From IMG/VR virus record IMGVR_UViG_3300025389_001172, positions 64,001-128,000 of that record: a stretch of 64,000 nucleotides of DNA; one strand, given 5' to 3'. Origin of the DNA: a virus (taxonomy: Duplodnaviria; Caudoviricetes). A program made the translations under genes and the position numbers. The notes beneath the pieces are model-generated. The model was not told where the DNA came from, did not search any database, and saw only the letters and a list, made by a program, of their open reading frames with translations. Below, in pieces: positions 20,038-29,294 of the stretch. Position 1 is the stretch's first letter, and each line of letters opens with the position of its first letter.

Positions 20038-21108
20038 TTAGTTGGCCGCTCTTAATCGCTCTCTTTTTACGAATCCTTTTACTCCTATCGCTATTTCTAC
20101 TTCTACTACATCCTTCACGTCTGTGTCTTTAACCGTTGCTACAGTGTTGGCTGGTACTACTACGAAAGGTCCATATAAGGGTCCTTCGAGATTTGATTTA
20201 CGTTTATAAACTTTGGTATTAGCCGCAAACACCATCTTTACTATTTTGGGTTCTTCTGCTTTTTTGACTTCTGGAACTACTACTACTGGAGGTGGAGGCG
20301 GTGCTACAGGTGCCTGCACAGATTCAGGTTTACGATAGTCCCAGATACCCTTGCGCTCACCTTCCTTGATTAGTTCTACCACAGCGGCTTCGATCGTGGC
20401 CTTGACAGCTAGCGTACCTGGTTCGTTTATGGTTAATCCTGCTTCAGCTTCAAATGCCTGTGTACCGTCGTCTAGGAATTTTAACACGGCAAAACTGTCG
20501 GCAGTGCTGTACACTATCTTGGTCACGTGTACAGCCGCCAAGACCTTGCCGGTATTGACACTTATGGCTCGCAAACTGATAGTCACTGTGTCTTTGCTGT
20601 ACTGTGTCTGTGTGCCTATACCCAGGAAACGATGTGCGGCTCCGCCTGATTCAGATCCCGAATCATAACCAATGATACCACCTTCCATGATGATGCCGGC
20701 AAACTGCATGGGCATGAGCGGTTTGGCATTGACACCTTCATAGGCTTCACGCATCTGGCGTATGATTGTGCGTTCTTTGGTTAAAGCATCTATATTGATT
20801 CTTTCTACAACATCAAACCATTGCCCGTGCCCCACATCCTGTAGGGCCTTGATCAAGAACACTTCGGCCCCTTGTGTGACTGCTGTACTCAGACTAGCAA
20901 TACCCGATACTGGTTTGCGTTGTCCGGTTTTATCAGCAAAATTATACACTGCCACGCTGAGCTTTCGCCCCTCTGGTGGTGGTATCGAATCAAACTCTTT
21001 TTGCATGCGATTTGGCACCACTTCGGGTTGGTATTCAAAACCGGCTTTTTGAACTATAGCACAACCTGCAAGTGCAAGTATCATGACGAGGGATAGAATT
21101 TTTTTCAT
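20038..21108 (-). CDS. csgG: Curli secretion pore CsgG
   Basis: Lipobox LALAGC; VAVYNFADKTGQRKP, STAVTQGA, WFDVVER, LTKERTII, EGGIIGYD. Confidence 0.92.
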   Translation of the reverse strand: MKKILSLVMILALAGCAIVQKAGFEYQPEVVPNRMQKEFDSIPPPEGRKLSVAVYNFADKTGQRKPVSGIASLSTAVTQGAEVFLIKALQDVGHGQWFDVVERINIDALTKERTIIRQMREAYEGVNAKPLMPMQFAGIIMEGGIIGYDSGSESGGAAHRFLGIGTQTQYSKDTVTISLRAISVNTGKVLAAVHVTKIVYSTADSFAVLKFLDDGTQAFEAEAGLTINEPGTLAVKATIEAAVVELIKEGERKGIWDYRKPESVQAPVAPPPPPVVVVPEVKKAEEPKIVKMVFAANTKVYKRKSNLEGPLYGPFVVVPANTVATVKDTDVKDVVEVEIAIGVKGFVKRERLRAAN

Positions 21109-21109
21109 A

Positions 21110-21565
21110 TTAAAATTGGAATTGTCCTAGAGGTACTGTGACCTGTGTTTGATTGCCCACTGTGTCAGTCACTGTGAGGTATACATTTGAGCTATCTTTG
21201 GTCCAGAATATGGTATTGCCTTCAAAGTTCAATGACCCACTTGTACTACCACCCGATGCAAACATGGCAGTGGCTAGATTCTGGCTGATCTGTGCGTAGA
21301 TACGGCTTTCTAGATTGTTCAAGAACTTGGCCAAATTGGTGTTCTGTGCGGCTGCCGCCTGTGCCTGTAGTGCAGCCTGTATGTCTTTGGCTATCTGTTG
21401 CTGACGTGTGTATTCCTGGTTTTCTATGGTCAACACATGACTGCTGTAACCGTTGCCGTTAAAACTAGGACTTTTGAAACTGTAATCAGCCATTGGTGTA
21501 GAAACGGCTAGGGGCGTCCAGGATAGGATACCAGCAGTAAGTAAGATTTTGTATAGTGTATTCAA
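21110..21565 (-). CDS. csgF: Curli assembly protein CsgF
   Basis: Signal peptide, YSFKSPSFNGNG, FLNNLESRIYAQIS; TTG start after AGGAG; adjacent to csgG. Confidence 0.85.
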   Translation of the reverse strand: MNTLYKILLTAGILSWTPLAVSTPMADYSFKSPSFNGNGYSSHVLTIENQEYTRQQQIAKDIQAALQAQAAAAQNTNLAKFLNNLESRIYAQISQNLATAMFASGGSTSGSLNFEGNTIFWTKDSSNVYLTVTDTVGNQTQVTVPLGQFQF

Positions 21566-21613
21566 GGTTTGACTCCTATTAGTATTTAACAGGAATCTGA
21601 TGTTTTTATTGTG

Positions 21614-22669
21614 TTAGATTATATCTTTGGGTATAGGAAGTTGATTTCCTTCTTGATCTACGTAAATAACATCTTTTGTTCCTGATTTTCCAAATGCTCG
21701 TGTAGCAGTAGCCGCGTGTACTCCTAATCCTCTAATACCAGTTTTAGATCTATCATTTTGATTTCTGATGGTAAAATACATCATATGACTTTTTGGAACA
21801 TCTGCTAATTTTGTAATTACAGCATGACACTCTATTTCTATAAAGTTTCCATTTTGTACAAAATGATGTGGTTGGAAATCTTGTATAACTATACCCCCAT
21901 GTGGATTGATATCAGTCCCAAATATAGTTTTAAGTACATCTTCAGGAGTAGGTTGAACAACAATTTCTCTATCAATCCTGTAAATTGGAACAATCTGACC
22001 TTTAATTTCTCTATCTTTAAGTTTAGACAATTTAACCAAACCGTCGTTTATTAATTTTTTTATAATTGGAAACGCTCTTGGTCCAAATAAAGAATCAGCA
22101 GTTTCCCAATTTTCAGCATCGGTTTGTTTAATAGAAACAGGAATTCTTCTATCTGGACTAAAAAGTGCTACATCACCCTTCAATCCGCCTTGAGTTTTAC
22201 TTCCAATATGTTCAACTCTGTTAACTTTTGGAACATCCAAAATTCTTCCTTGATCATCCTTAAATCTCACGTTTACCGAGCCAGATGCATCGATTTCTTT
22301 TTGTATTAATTTTGCTAGAGCTATTTCATTCGCCTTACCACTATGTTTAGTCCCTTGTGTTTTATTATTTTTGTAGGCAATAGTGAACGGGCTACCATCA
22401 ATAACGATACCCCCTAAACTAGAAGTATTTTTATTAGGATCAAAATGTGTATTACGACCTAATTCTTTAGCCAATACAGGTACTAATTGTTGCATGGCAT
22501 TTAATCGCCATTTGTTTTGATCCTTATCCGGAAAATCAATTAATGGTAATATTTTGTTGCCATTTTTTTTGATACCTTTAATATCCGGAACAATCCTATT
22601 GAGAACTAACTCTAAATCGTTATAGGTTAACGAATCTGATATTTCAAAAAGTAAGTCAATTATACGCAT
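21614..22669 (-). CDS. AT-rich putative PD-(D/E)XK-like nuclease with capsid-targeting-like N-terminus
   Basis: KANE...KGDVAL...VSIKQ pattern; MRIIDLLFE N-terminus; visibly AT-richer than flanks. Confidence 0.5.
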   Translation of the reverse strand: MRIIDLLFEISDSLTYNDLELVLNRIVPDIKGIKKNGNKILPLIDFPDKDQNKWRLNAMQQLVPVLAKELGRNTHFDPNKNTSSLGGIVIDGSPFTIAYKNNKTQGTKHSGKANEIALAKLIQKEIDASGSVNVRFKDDQGRILDVPKVNRVEHIGSKTQGGLKGDVALFSPDRRIPVSIKQTDAENWETADSLFGPRAFPIIKKLINDGLVKLSKLKDREIKGQIVPIYRIDREIVVQPTPEDVLKTIFGTDINPHGGIVIQDFQPHHFVQNGNFIEIECHAVITKLADVPKSHMMYFTIRNQNDRSKTGIRGLGVHAATATRAFGKSGTKDVIYVDQEGNQLPIPKDII

Positions 22670-22679
22670 AATACGTTAT

Positions 22680-23351
22680 TTACCCAAATTCAGGAAACAG
22701 TATCTCATCTACGAATTTGCGTATTACAGTTTCTTCTACACCCATTGAGACCATACTGCGTACTACATGCGGATTCTGCTTTTGATAACGGCAGTATCGA
22801 TCTTGCTCCGCACGATAATCCGCATCTTCTTGCTTATAGCTTCCTATATTGGCCAGATAGTAGTGTAGGCTTTTCATCGCTATATGGCACAGTGATTCTA
22901 GTTCTGCTTCTTCATTGACATTGCCCGCGGCTATCATGCTAGGACTGAATATGGCTCGGGCCCAATCGGGTAATTCTCTAGGCTTGTTCCACTGTAGATC
23001 TTCTGTTTCTTCGGCAAACCATGACATCATAGGATGTTGAGGATCCGCAGTAGCTGAGAAATCTAGGAATGTGCCTGTGATCTTGTTTGGACCGCAGACA
23101 GCATCAAATCCCCAGATCGGACCTGGATCATTTAATTTTGGAAATATAGTGCAGTGTAAGATGTATATTTTATGACTCTGTCGTTTATCTACGATTTCTA
23201 CGTGGGCTCTACGGTATGAACCGCTGTGGAATATGGCATTGTGCCAATCGTACCCTTCGATATGATTATTAAACAGTTTACCTGATGTGGCTAATTTATA
23301 TTCTATATCTCGGGCTAATTTTTCTATACGGTCTTGTACATTAACAGTCAT
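22680..23351 (-). CDS. Ferredoxin-dependent bilin reductase (PcyA/PcyX-like)
   Basis: YRRAHVE, LHCTIFP, PIWGFD, ITGTFLDFS, RELPDWARAIFS, YCRYQKQNPH; adjacent to heme oxygenase. Confidence 0.85.
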   Translation of the reverse strand: MTVNVQDRIEKLARDIEYKLATSGKLFNNHIEGYDWHNAIFHSGSYRRAHVEIVDKRQSHKIYILHCTIFPKLNDPGPIWGFDAVCGPNKITGTFLDFSATADPQHPMMSWFAEETEDLQWNKPRELPDWARAIFSPSMIAAGNVNEEAELESLCHIAMKSLHYYLANIGSYKQEDADYRAEQDRYCRYQKQNPHVVRSMVSMGVEETVIRKFVDEILFPEFG

Positions 23352-23868
23352 AGGTCCCTAGTATCTTGATAGCCCAATCAAAAGCCACGTTGGCTTCATC
23401 AGCCATACTGTCATCTAGCATACCACGCAATACGAACATGAGGTCTTTGCTGTTTTCGAACTCTAGATGACTATGTGGAGCATCTATGATCTTCTTGATC
23501 ATCTGTCCGCCAAACATATCACCCATGTGCCAGGTATACAGGTGTGCCAGCACTGCGTTAGGATCGGTAAGGTCTCTGATATAACCGCAGTAGTCTGTGG
23601 TCTCTAGCTTTAAGAAATGTCGGTCATCTCTGCCCTGCATCATTTCTTCATAGTCTGCCAGTATGAGTTCTGCACGTTCGATGCCTGGGAGATCGTCTAA
23701 CAGCCCTAGAGCCTGGCAGCGAATCTCGATACTCTTGTACCAAGAGTATTTTTGATAGGTATAATCGATCCATACCTCCATCGGCAGTGTGTGATCAAAT
23801 ACGGCCTGCATGAATCGAGTACTTTCTGCGGCCTTGTGGCGTTCTTGTGTTAGTTCTTTGAGGCTCAT
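23341..23868 (-). CDS. Heme oxygenase (HemO/Ho1-like)
   Basis: LKELTQERHKAAE, AHLYTWHMGDMFGGQMIKK, EANVAF. Confidence 0.9.
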   Translation of the reverse strand: MSLKELTQERHKAAESTRFMQAVFDHTLPMEVWIDYTYQKYSWYKSIEIRCQALGLLDDLPGIERAELILADYEEMMQGRDDRHFLKLETTDYCGYIRDLTDPNAVLAHLYTWHMGDMFGGQMIKKIIDAPHSHLEFENSKDLMFVLRGMLDDSMADEANVAFDWAIKILGTYDC

Positions 23869-24176
23869 TCTGGTACTGCCTTGATCAATAATGGGAAGTT
23901 ATTAGCACGGCTTAGCTCAGTGGCATCTATGACTTTCTGCTCAGCTATTTCGTGCGTGTAGATGCCCGCTACTCCGGAGCCTTCATCGTGTATCTGTTGG
24001 GTGATCCTGATCGCCGAATCAGTGGTATGTCTAAATATTCTAACCAGTAATAGAATTACAAATTCCACGGTTGTATAATCGTCATTGAGGATTACCACTT
24101 TATACCTGCTGGGTTCTTTGATCCGTTTATCGGTAGTGTTGTCTACGATTACTACTTCTTCTATGTCAGTTGCCAT
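23865..24176 (-). CDS. clpS: ATP-dependent Clp protease adaptor ClpS
   Basis: YKVVILNDDYTTVEFV, IHDEGSGVAGIYTHEIAEQK, FPL. Confidence 0.92.
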   Translation of the reverse strand: MATDIEEVVIVDNTTDKRIKEPSRYKVVILNDDYTTVEFVILLLVRIFRHTTDSAIRITQQIHDEGSGVAGIYTHEIAEQKVIDATELSRANNFPLLIKAVPE

Positions 24177-24193
24177 GATCTGTGTCGGTAGAT

Positions 24194-24224
24194 AAAATTA
24201 AGTTGGGGGAGGATTCCCCCAACT
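24194..24224 (-). terminator. Intrinsic terminator after hsp20
   Basis: GTTGGGGGA-loop-TCCCCCAAC stem followed by T-rich tract on minus strand. Confidence 0.65.
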
Positions 24225-24227
24225 GTG

Positions 24228-24662
24228 TCACTCAGCCTTGATTTTTAATATTCTCGGCTTTAATGCTTCTGGAATAACACGAGTAAGTTCTATGGTCAGC
24301 ACACCATTTCGTATGCGACCTTCACCTACTTCCATGTGTTCTGCCAGTGTCCAGCTACGAGTGAAATCACGTGTAGCCAGGCCACGCTGTAGATACACAG
24401 TATCTTCATCGTCGGCACCTTTTCGATGGCCTTTTACAACCAACTGATTTTGATCAACTTCGACTGCAATCTCGTCTGGTTCAAATCCTGTCACAGCGAT
24501 CTCGATCTCATATGAGTTCTCATCGTGTTTCAATATATTGAACGGAGGATAGTTGTTGTTGATTTGATTTGCAAAGCGTGCCTCGAAGTTATCGAATAAG
24601 CTGTCAAATCCTAATAGTGCTCTGTTTAGAGCGTTGGTGTCGAAACGTACTAATTGTGTCAT
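24228..24662 (-). CDS. Small heat-shock protein Hsp20 (IbpA-like)
   Basis: NYPPFNI, YEIEIAVTGF, YLQRGLATRDF, NGVLTIEL. Confidence 0.92.
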   Translation of the reverse strand: MTQLVRFDTNALNRALLGFDSLFDNFEARFANQINNNYPPFNILKHDENSYEIEIAVTGFEPDEIAVEVDQNQLVVKGHRKGADDEDTVYLQRGLATRDFTRSWTLAEHMEVGEGRIRNGVLTIELTRVIPEALKPRILKIKAE

Positions 24663-24746
24663 TGTTTTCTCCTTGTTTAAGTAAGATATATGTAAGGCCC
24701 ATTAGGTACCCTACATATATATTTATACACTGATTTATTACCCCTG

Positions 24747-26642
24747 TCAATCTTTTTTCACTTCTGTAGCATCCACATCTACTACACCGTCATCTGCGGG
24801 CGGAGTATCAGTAGTAGCATCAGCAGGAGGCTCTTTGGCCTTTTGGATTGGCTGTGCTGCCGCATATAGGTCGCTGGTCTTCTGTGTGATCACTTCTCTG
24901 TCTTCACCCTTGACTGCTTCCTCTACTTCTGCCATGGCCGATTCGATCTTGGTGACTTCATCTGGTGTTAGTTTGTCTTTGACTTCTGCTAGATCAGCTC
25001 GGACTGAGTTCAACTGTGACTCTGCGAAGTTACGGGTTTCGATCAGCTCACGTTGCTTCTTGTCATCCTCGGCATTGGCTTCGGCTTCCTTGATCATGCG
25101 ATCGATCTCTTCCTTGCTGAGTCCAGAATCACTCTTGATGGTGATCTTGTTTTCTTTGCCTGTACCCTTGTCCTTGGCACTGATCTTCATGATACCGTTG
25201 GCATCGATGTCAAAGGTCACTTCGATCTGCGGAGTACCACGGCGTGCTGGAGGAATACCAGTTAGGTCGAACTCGCCCAATAACTTGTTATAGTTGGCCA
25301 GTTCACGCTCACCTTGGAATACCTTGATAGTCACGGCAGGTTGATTGTCTTCAGCTGTGGAGAACACCTGGCTGGTCTTGGTAGGGATAGTGGTGTTCTT
25401 CTGGATCACCTTGGTCATGACCCCGCCCATGGTCTCGATACCTAGACTCAAAGGAGTCACGTCTAGCAACAGGACATCAGTTCGTCCACCACCTAGTACA
25501 TCACCTTGGATGGCAGCACCAGCGGCCACCGCTTCGTCTGGGTTTACATCCTTGCGAGGAGCCTTGCCAAACAGTTTCTCTACGGCTTCCTGTACCTTGG
25601 GCATGCGAGTCATACCACCTACCAGTATCACTTCGTCGATGTCGTCTGTAGTGACACCTGCATCTGTCATAGCGGTCTTGCATGGTGCTAGGCTTCGTTG
25701 GATCAACTCATCAACTAGGCTTTCCAGTTTGGCACGAGTCAGTTTGATATTAAGATGTTTTGGACCACTGGCATCTGCTGTGATGTAGGGCAGGTTGACA
25801 TCTGTCTGTGCTGAACTAGACAGTTCGATCTTGGCTTTTTCTGCGGCTTCTTTCAAGCGTTGCAGTGCCAATACGTCTTTGGTTAGATCAACACCTGAAT
25901 CTTTCTTGAATGAGTCAACCAAGAAGTCCATGATGCGTTGGTCGAAGTCTTCACCGCCGAGGAATGTGTCACCGTTGGTAGACAAGACTTCGATCTGCTT
26001 TTCACCTTCCACGTTGGCGATCTCGATAATGCTGACATCAAATGTACCACCACCTAGATCATAGACAGCGATCTTGCGATCTTTTTTATCCTGTTTGTCT
26101 ACACCATAGGCCAAGGCAGCCGCTGTGGGTTCGTTGATGATACGCAGGACTTCTAAGCCTGCGATCTTTCCTGCATCTTTGGTAGCTTGACGTTGTGAAT
26201 CATTGAAGTAGGCTGGAACTGTGATAACCGCCTGATCAACTTCGTAGCCAAGATAGTCTTCAGCGGTCTTTTTCATCTTGCGGAGAACTTCTGCTGAGAT
26301 CTGCGGAGGTGCTAGTTTTTCACCGTTGGCTTCTACCCACGCATCTCCGTTGTCTGCTTGGATGATCTGGTAGGGCATCAAGTCGATGTCTTTCTGTACA
26401 GCATCTTCTGTAAATTTACGACCGATCAAGCGTTTAGACGCATAGATCGTGTTCTTTGGATTGGTCACTGCCTGGCGTTTAGCTGAGGCACCGACTAGGA
26501 TTTCATCGTTGGCATAGGCCACGATGGATGGCGTTGTACGAGCGCCTTCTGAATTTTCGATTACTTTGGGGATTCCGCCTTCGATAACAGCCACGCAACT
26601 ATTAGTGGTGCCAAGGTCAATTCCGATCACAACTTTACTCAT
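24747..26642 (-). CDS. dnaK: Chaperone DnaK (Hsp70)
   Basis: [27 protein letters not shown]; start MSKVV after AAGGAG. Confidence 0.97.
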   Translation of the reverse strand: MSKVVIGIDLGTTNSCVAVIEGGIPKVIENSEGARTTPSIVAYANDEILVGASAKRQAVTNPKNTIYASKRLIGRKFTEDAVQKDIDLMPYQIIQADNGDAWVEANGEKLAPPQISAEVLRKMKKTAEDYLGYEVDQAVITVPAYFNDSQRQATKDAGKIAGLEVLRIINEPTAAALAYGVDKQDKKDRKIAVYDLGGGTFDVSIIEIANVEGEKQIEVLSTNGDTFLGGEDFDQRIMDFLVDSFKKDSGVDLTKDVLALQRLKEAAEKAKIELSSSAQTDVNLPYITADASGPKHLNIKLTRAKLESLVDELIQRSLAPCKTAMTDAGVTTDDIDEVILVGGMTRMPKVQEAVEKLFGKAPRKDVNPDEAVAAGAAIQGDVLGGGRTDVLLLDVTPLSLGIETMGGVMTKVIQKNTTIPTKTSQVFSTAEDNQPAVTIKVFQGERELANYNKLLGEFDLTGIPPARRGTPQIEVTFDIDANGIMKISAKDKGTGKENKITIKSDSGLSKEEIDRMIKEAEANAEDDKKQRELIETRNFAESQLNSVRADLAEVKDKLTPDEVTKIESAMAEVEEAVKGEDREVITQKTSDLYAAAQPIQKAKEPPADATTDTPPADDGVVDVDATEVKKD

Positions 26643-26731
26643 TAGTTTTCTCCTTATTAAGTGAGTATATCCGGGCACTATGCCCATTCGTAGCATCCAT
26701 TAGGTATACCACACCTTTATTTAGTATACAT

Positions 26732-27040
26732 TTAATCTATCTTTTTGTCAACCTGATCTTCGTCAATCACATGATCCGCCACTGGTCCAAACCGATCTAG
26801 ATAGTTTTCTTTGTAGCTCTTTTTAGATGCTTCAGCATCGTATTCTGCCTGCAATTCGCTATTTTCCTTGATTTTTAACAGCCAAGGATGGAGCAGTTTA
26901 TCAGTGATCCTGCGACTCAGTTCTTCTATGACCTGTTCAGCGGGCTCGCCCTGTGCGATACGTTGTAGTGCTATGCCGTACTCATAGATGCGGACACGTT
27001 CTACCCACTTTTCATATTCTTCGTTAGGATCGTATTTCAT
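26732..27040 (-). CDS. Stand-alone glutamyl-tRNA reductase (HemA) dimerisation-domain-like protein
   Basis: ALQRIAQGEPAEQVIEELSRRITDKLLHP resembles the HemA C-terminal domain; no catalytic domains. Confidence 0.65.
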   Translation of the reverse strand: MKYDPNEEYEKWVERVRIYEYGIALQRIAQGEPAEQVIEELSRRITDKLLHPWLLKIKENSELQAEYDAEASKKSYKENYLDRFGPVADHVIDEDQVDKKID

Positions 27041-27264
27041 CCGCCCCACCTCAACATAAACATAAGCTGATCCTGTTCTGTCTTGAAAAAATATGTGCTA
27101 CGATAGTCTGGATCGAATACTGCCGCCGCGGGATCTTCTCCTAACTTGTACCAAGTTTCATTCCAAGGTCCTATATTTTCTACGCACCACTGCTGTACCT
27201 CGGGCCACCGATGTTTGGTATAGGCTGTATATATTAATCTTTTGTTAAGTTTAGGATAGGTCAT
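27037..27264 (-). CDS. Small LRW-family protein
   Basis: QWCVENIGP...YFFKTEQDQLMFMLRWGG. Confidence 0.75.
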   Translation of the reverse strand: MTYPKLNKRLIYTAYTKHRWPEVQQWCVENIGPWNETWYKLGEDPAAAVFDPDYRSTYFFKTEQDQLMFMLRWGG

Positions 27265-27479
27265 TATGATCCCCACCTCAATAAGAACATCATATGATCT
27301 TGGGCACTGTGGAACTCAAAAACACCGTCTCCAATGTACCACCATCCTCGATGGCCAAATCTCTCTTCACACCATTCCAGGCAAGGCTTCCAACCCAGAT
27401 AACGATGGCCTGATATAGTGTTTAGTGATTCATATGGTGCAGGTATGCTGGCTATATGTCTTTTTGATATTTCGTTCAT
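27264..27479 (-). CDS. Small LRW-family protein
   Basis: EWCEERFG...FEFHSAQDHMMFLLRWGS. Confidence 0.75.
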   Translation of the reverse strand: MNEISKRHIASIPAPYESLNTISGHRYLGWKPCLEWCEERFGHRGWWYIGDGVFEFHSAQDHMMFLLRWGS

Positions 27480-27664
27480 TATGAACCCCACCTTAATAAG
27501 AACATCATATGATCCTGAGCATTGTAGAAATATATACACCTGTTTCTTTCAAACCAAGTCTTGTGTCCAACAGGTCCAAACTGTCGGTAGCACCAGCTTA
27601 AAACCTCCAGATCCACCTGATTGTTTAACTCAACTATGTGGTATTCGTGACGATCTACCTTCAT
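27479..27664 (-). CDS. Small LRW-family protein
   Basis: SWCYRQFGP...YFYNAQDHMMFLLRWGS. Confidence 0.75.
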   Translation of the reverse strand: MKVDRHEYHIVELNNQVDLEVLSWCYRQFGPVGHKTWFERNRCIYFYNAQDHMMFLLRWGS

Positions 27665-27864
27665 AGCCACCTCAACACAAACATTAAATAATCCTGCTCA
27701 CGATTAAACTCAAATACACCTTCACCCTGGTACCGCCAACCGGCCTTGACAGTTTGCTCGCACCAGCGTATGCAGGGTGACCATCCTGGATAGGTTAGGC
27801 CCATAATTTCCTGCTGACCTGGAGATGAGACGCTGGCTATATATCTATCTTGTTGACTGTTCAC
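27661..27864 (-). CDS. Small LRW-family protein (GTG start)
   Basis: RWCEQTV...FEFNREQDYLMFVLRWL. Confidence 0.75.
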   Translation of the reverse strand: MNSQQDRYIASVSSPGQQEIMGLTYPGWSPCIRWCEQTVKAGWRYQGEGVFEFNREQDYLMFVLRWL

Positions 27865-28175
27865 GACCACCTCAAAATAAACATAGTAGCATCTTTTTCT
27901 TTTTCAAAGATAAAGTCTCGGCCCCGACGCTCGTATGCACCTTTACAATTTTCTTCCAACCAGTACCTGATATCTATGGCGTGTTTGTTATCTACTAGAG
28001 TAGGCAACATAACACGAGTCCATCCTATACTTTTGAGCATACCCCAAAGTATTTCACGATCAATTTCTTCTTGCATTTCCTTGGCCTTAGCTTCTATCAT
28101 TTCTTTTTCTAAGATAGTCTGCTGGTCATTTACCCACGTTTTCATACTGTCTATACATTCTGGACTTAGATTCAT
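27861..28175 (-). CDS. Small LRW-family protein
   Basis: MQEEIDREIL...YWLEENC...FIFEKEKDATMFILRWS. Confidence 0.75.
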   Translation of the reverse strand: MNLSPECIDSMKTWVNDQQTILEKEMIEAKAKEMQEEIDREILWGMLKSIGWTRVMLPTLVDNKHAIDIRYWLEENCKGAYERRGRDFIFEKEKDATMFILRWS

Positions 28176-28420
28176 GCCCACCTCAGGGTAAACAACAAAT
28201 AATCCCGTTCATCCTGCCACACCACCCGGTCAGGATTATACATAATTCTAACACCGGGATTTAGCTCTTCAAACTTACGATCAAATAACCGTTCTCGAGT
28301 ATGATTATTACAATCTGGATAATTTGAACTTATGTAATACACACAGTTTAACAAAGATTTGGGTATCTTTTTCATTCGTTCTTCGTGTGGAAAATCTACA
28401 GGAATTACAATTTCTATCAT
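28172..28420 (-). CDS. Small LRW-family protein
   Basis: ...VVWQDERDYLLFTLRWA. Confidence 0.7.
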   Translation of the reverse strand: MIEIVIPVDFPHEERMKKIPKSLLNCVYYISSNYPDCNNHTRERLFDRKFEELNPGVRIMYNPDRVVWQDERDYLLFTLRWA

Positions 28421-28635
28421 GACCACCTCAATAAAAACAATGTGTATAATTTTTTGTCGAGTTGGTAGCATCTCTGGCCGTCCCGGGTCTCCCCTACCGT
28501 CCAGGGACCTTGTTGTCTTATCCAGATTTCAATTTCTTCTCGATAGACTTCTACCACAACAATATGATGCGTTTTGCCTAAAACTTGAAATCCGGGCATG
28601 ACCTTACCAAAACAATCAAGGTATATATATGTCAT
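28417..28635 (-). CDS. Small LRW-family protein
   Basis: EIWIRQQG...KKLYTLFLLRWS. Confidence 0.7.
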   Translation of the reverse strand: MTYIYLDCFGKVMPGFQVLGKTHHIVVVEVYREEIEIWIRQQGPWTVGETRDGQRCYQLDKKLYTLFLLRWS

Positions 28636-28822
28636 AGCCACCTCAGTGCAAATAGTGCGGCTTTTTTTGGACAGTCGAATTCCCACCGTCGGCCCATACC
28701 GCGTTCTCGCCTAGATATCGGCCCAGTCTGAATTTGAGACCCAGAGATTCTATTATTTCCCGGTCAATTTGGTCTTGCATTGCCTTTGCTATTGATGTCA
28801 TTATTGCATCTTCTGTAATCAT
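28632..28822 (-). pseudogene. Frameshifted or internally deleted LRW-family member
   Basis: N-terminus MQDQIDREII in one frame (stop 28643); family C-terminus GRRWEFDCPKKAALFALRWL in another frame (28632-28697). Confidence 0.65.
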
Positions 28823-29049
28823 AGCCACCTCAACAAGAACATGGCCAGATCTTGTTCTTTCTCGAAACGAAAGATATGATAGGCCATACGAGCGTGATAA
28901 CCCAGGGTGTCAATACACCACTGATTGATCTCATCATAGATCGATTCTGTGAGGGGAACGGCATAATCTACACCAGATAGTTTATACGAGGGTTGATCCC
29001 ACACCTCGGCTACCCATTTACGTCCCTGTCGTCTGTAGTCTATGTCCAT
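28819..29049 (-). CDS. Small LRW-family protein
   Basis: EINQWCIDTLG...FRFEKEQDLAMFLLRWL. Confidence 0.75.
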   Translation of the reverse strand: MDIDYRRQGRKWVAEVWDQPSYKLSGVDYAVPLTESIYDEINQWCIDTLGYHARMAYHIFRFEKEQDLAMFLLRWL

Positions 29050-29294
29050 TCTGCGTATTTCATCTTAAACATCAGTATATCCTTGTCATCCCAGAAGTAA
29101 AATCCATAACAGACGTCATACATGGGACTGACGTCGCTGGTGTTGACTTCTTCCATCCATAGGAAACTATGGCAGTTCTCTATGGCCCAGTATTTGATAT
29201 CTTTGATCTTTGGCGGATCTCCTAACACTATCAGCGTACACTGATCTAGGAGTTCCTGTGGAGGTTCATAGGGAAATAAGTAGTTACTGATCAT
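29040..29294 (-). CDS. Divergent LRW-family protein
   Basis: YWAIENC...FYFWDDKDILMFKMKY. Confidence 0.65.
   Translation of the reverse strand: MISNYLFPYEPPQELLDQCTLIVLGDPPKIKDIKYWAIENCHSFLWMEEVNTSDVSPMYDVCYGFYFWDDKDILMFKMKYAEWT

Noticed and set aside
24835-26064. Plus-strand ORFs opposite dnaK, and similar antisense ORFs throughout the track
   Set aside because: Shadows of codon bias in the real genes; no RBS or recognisable motifs
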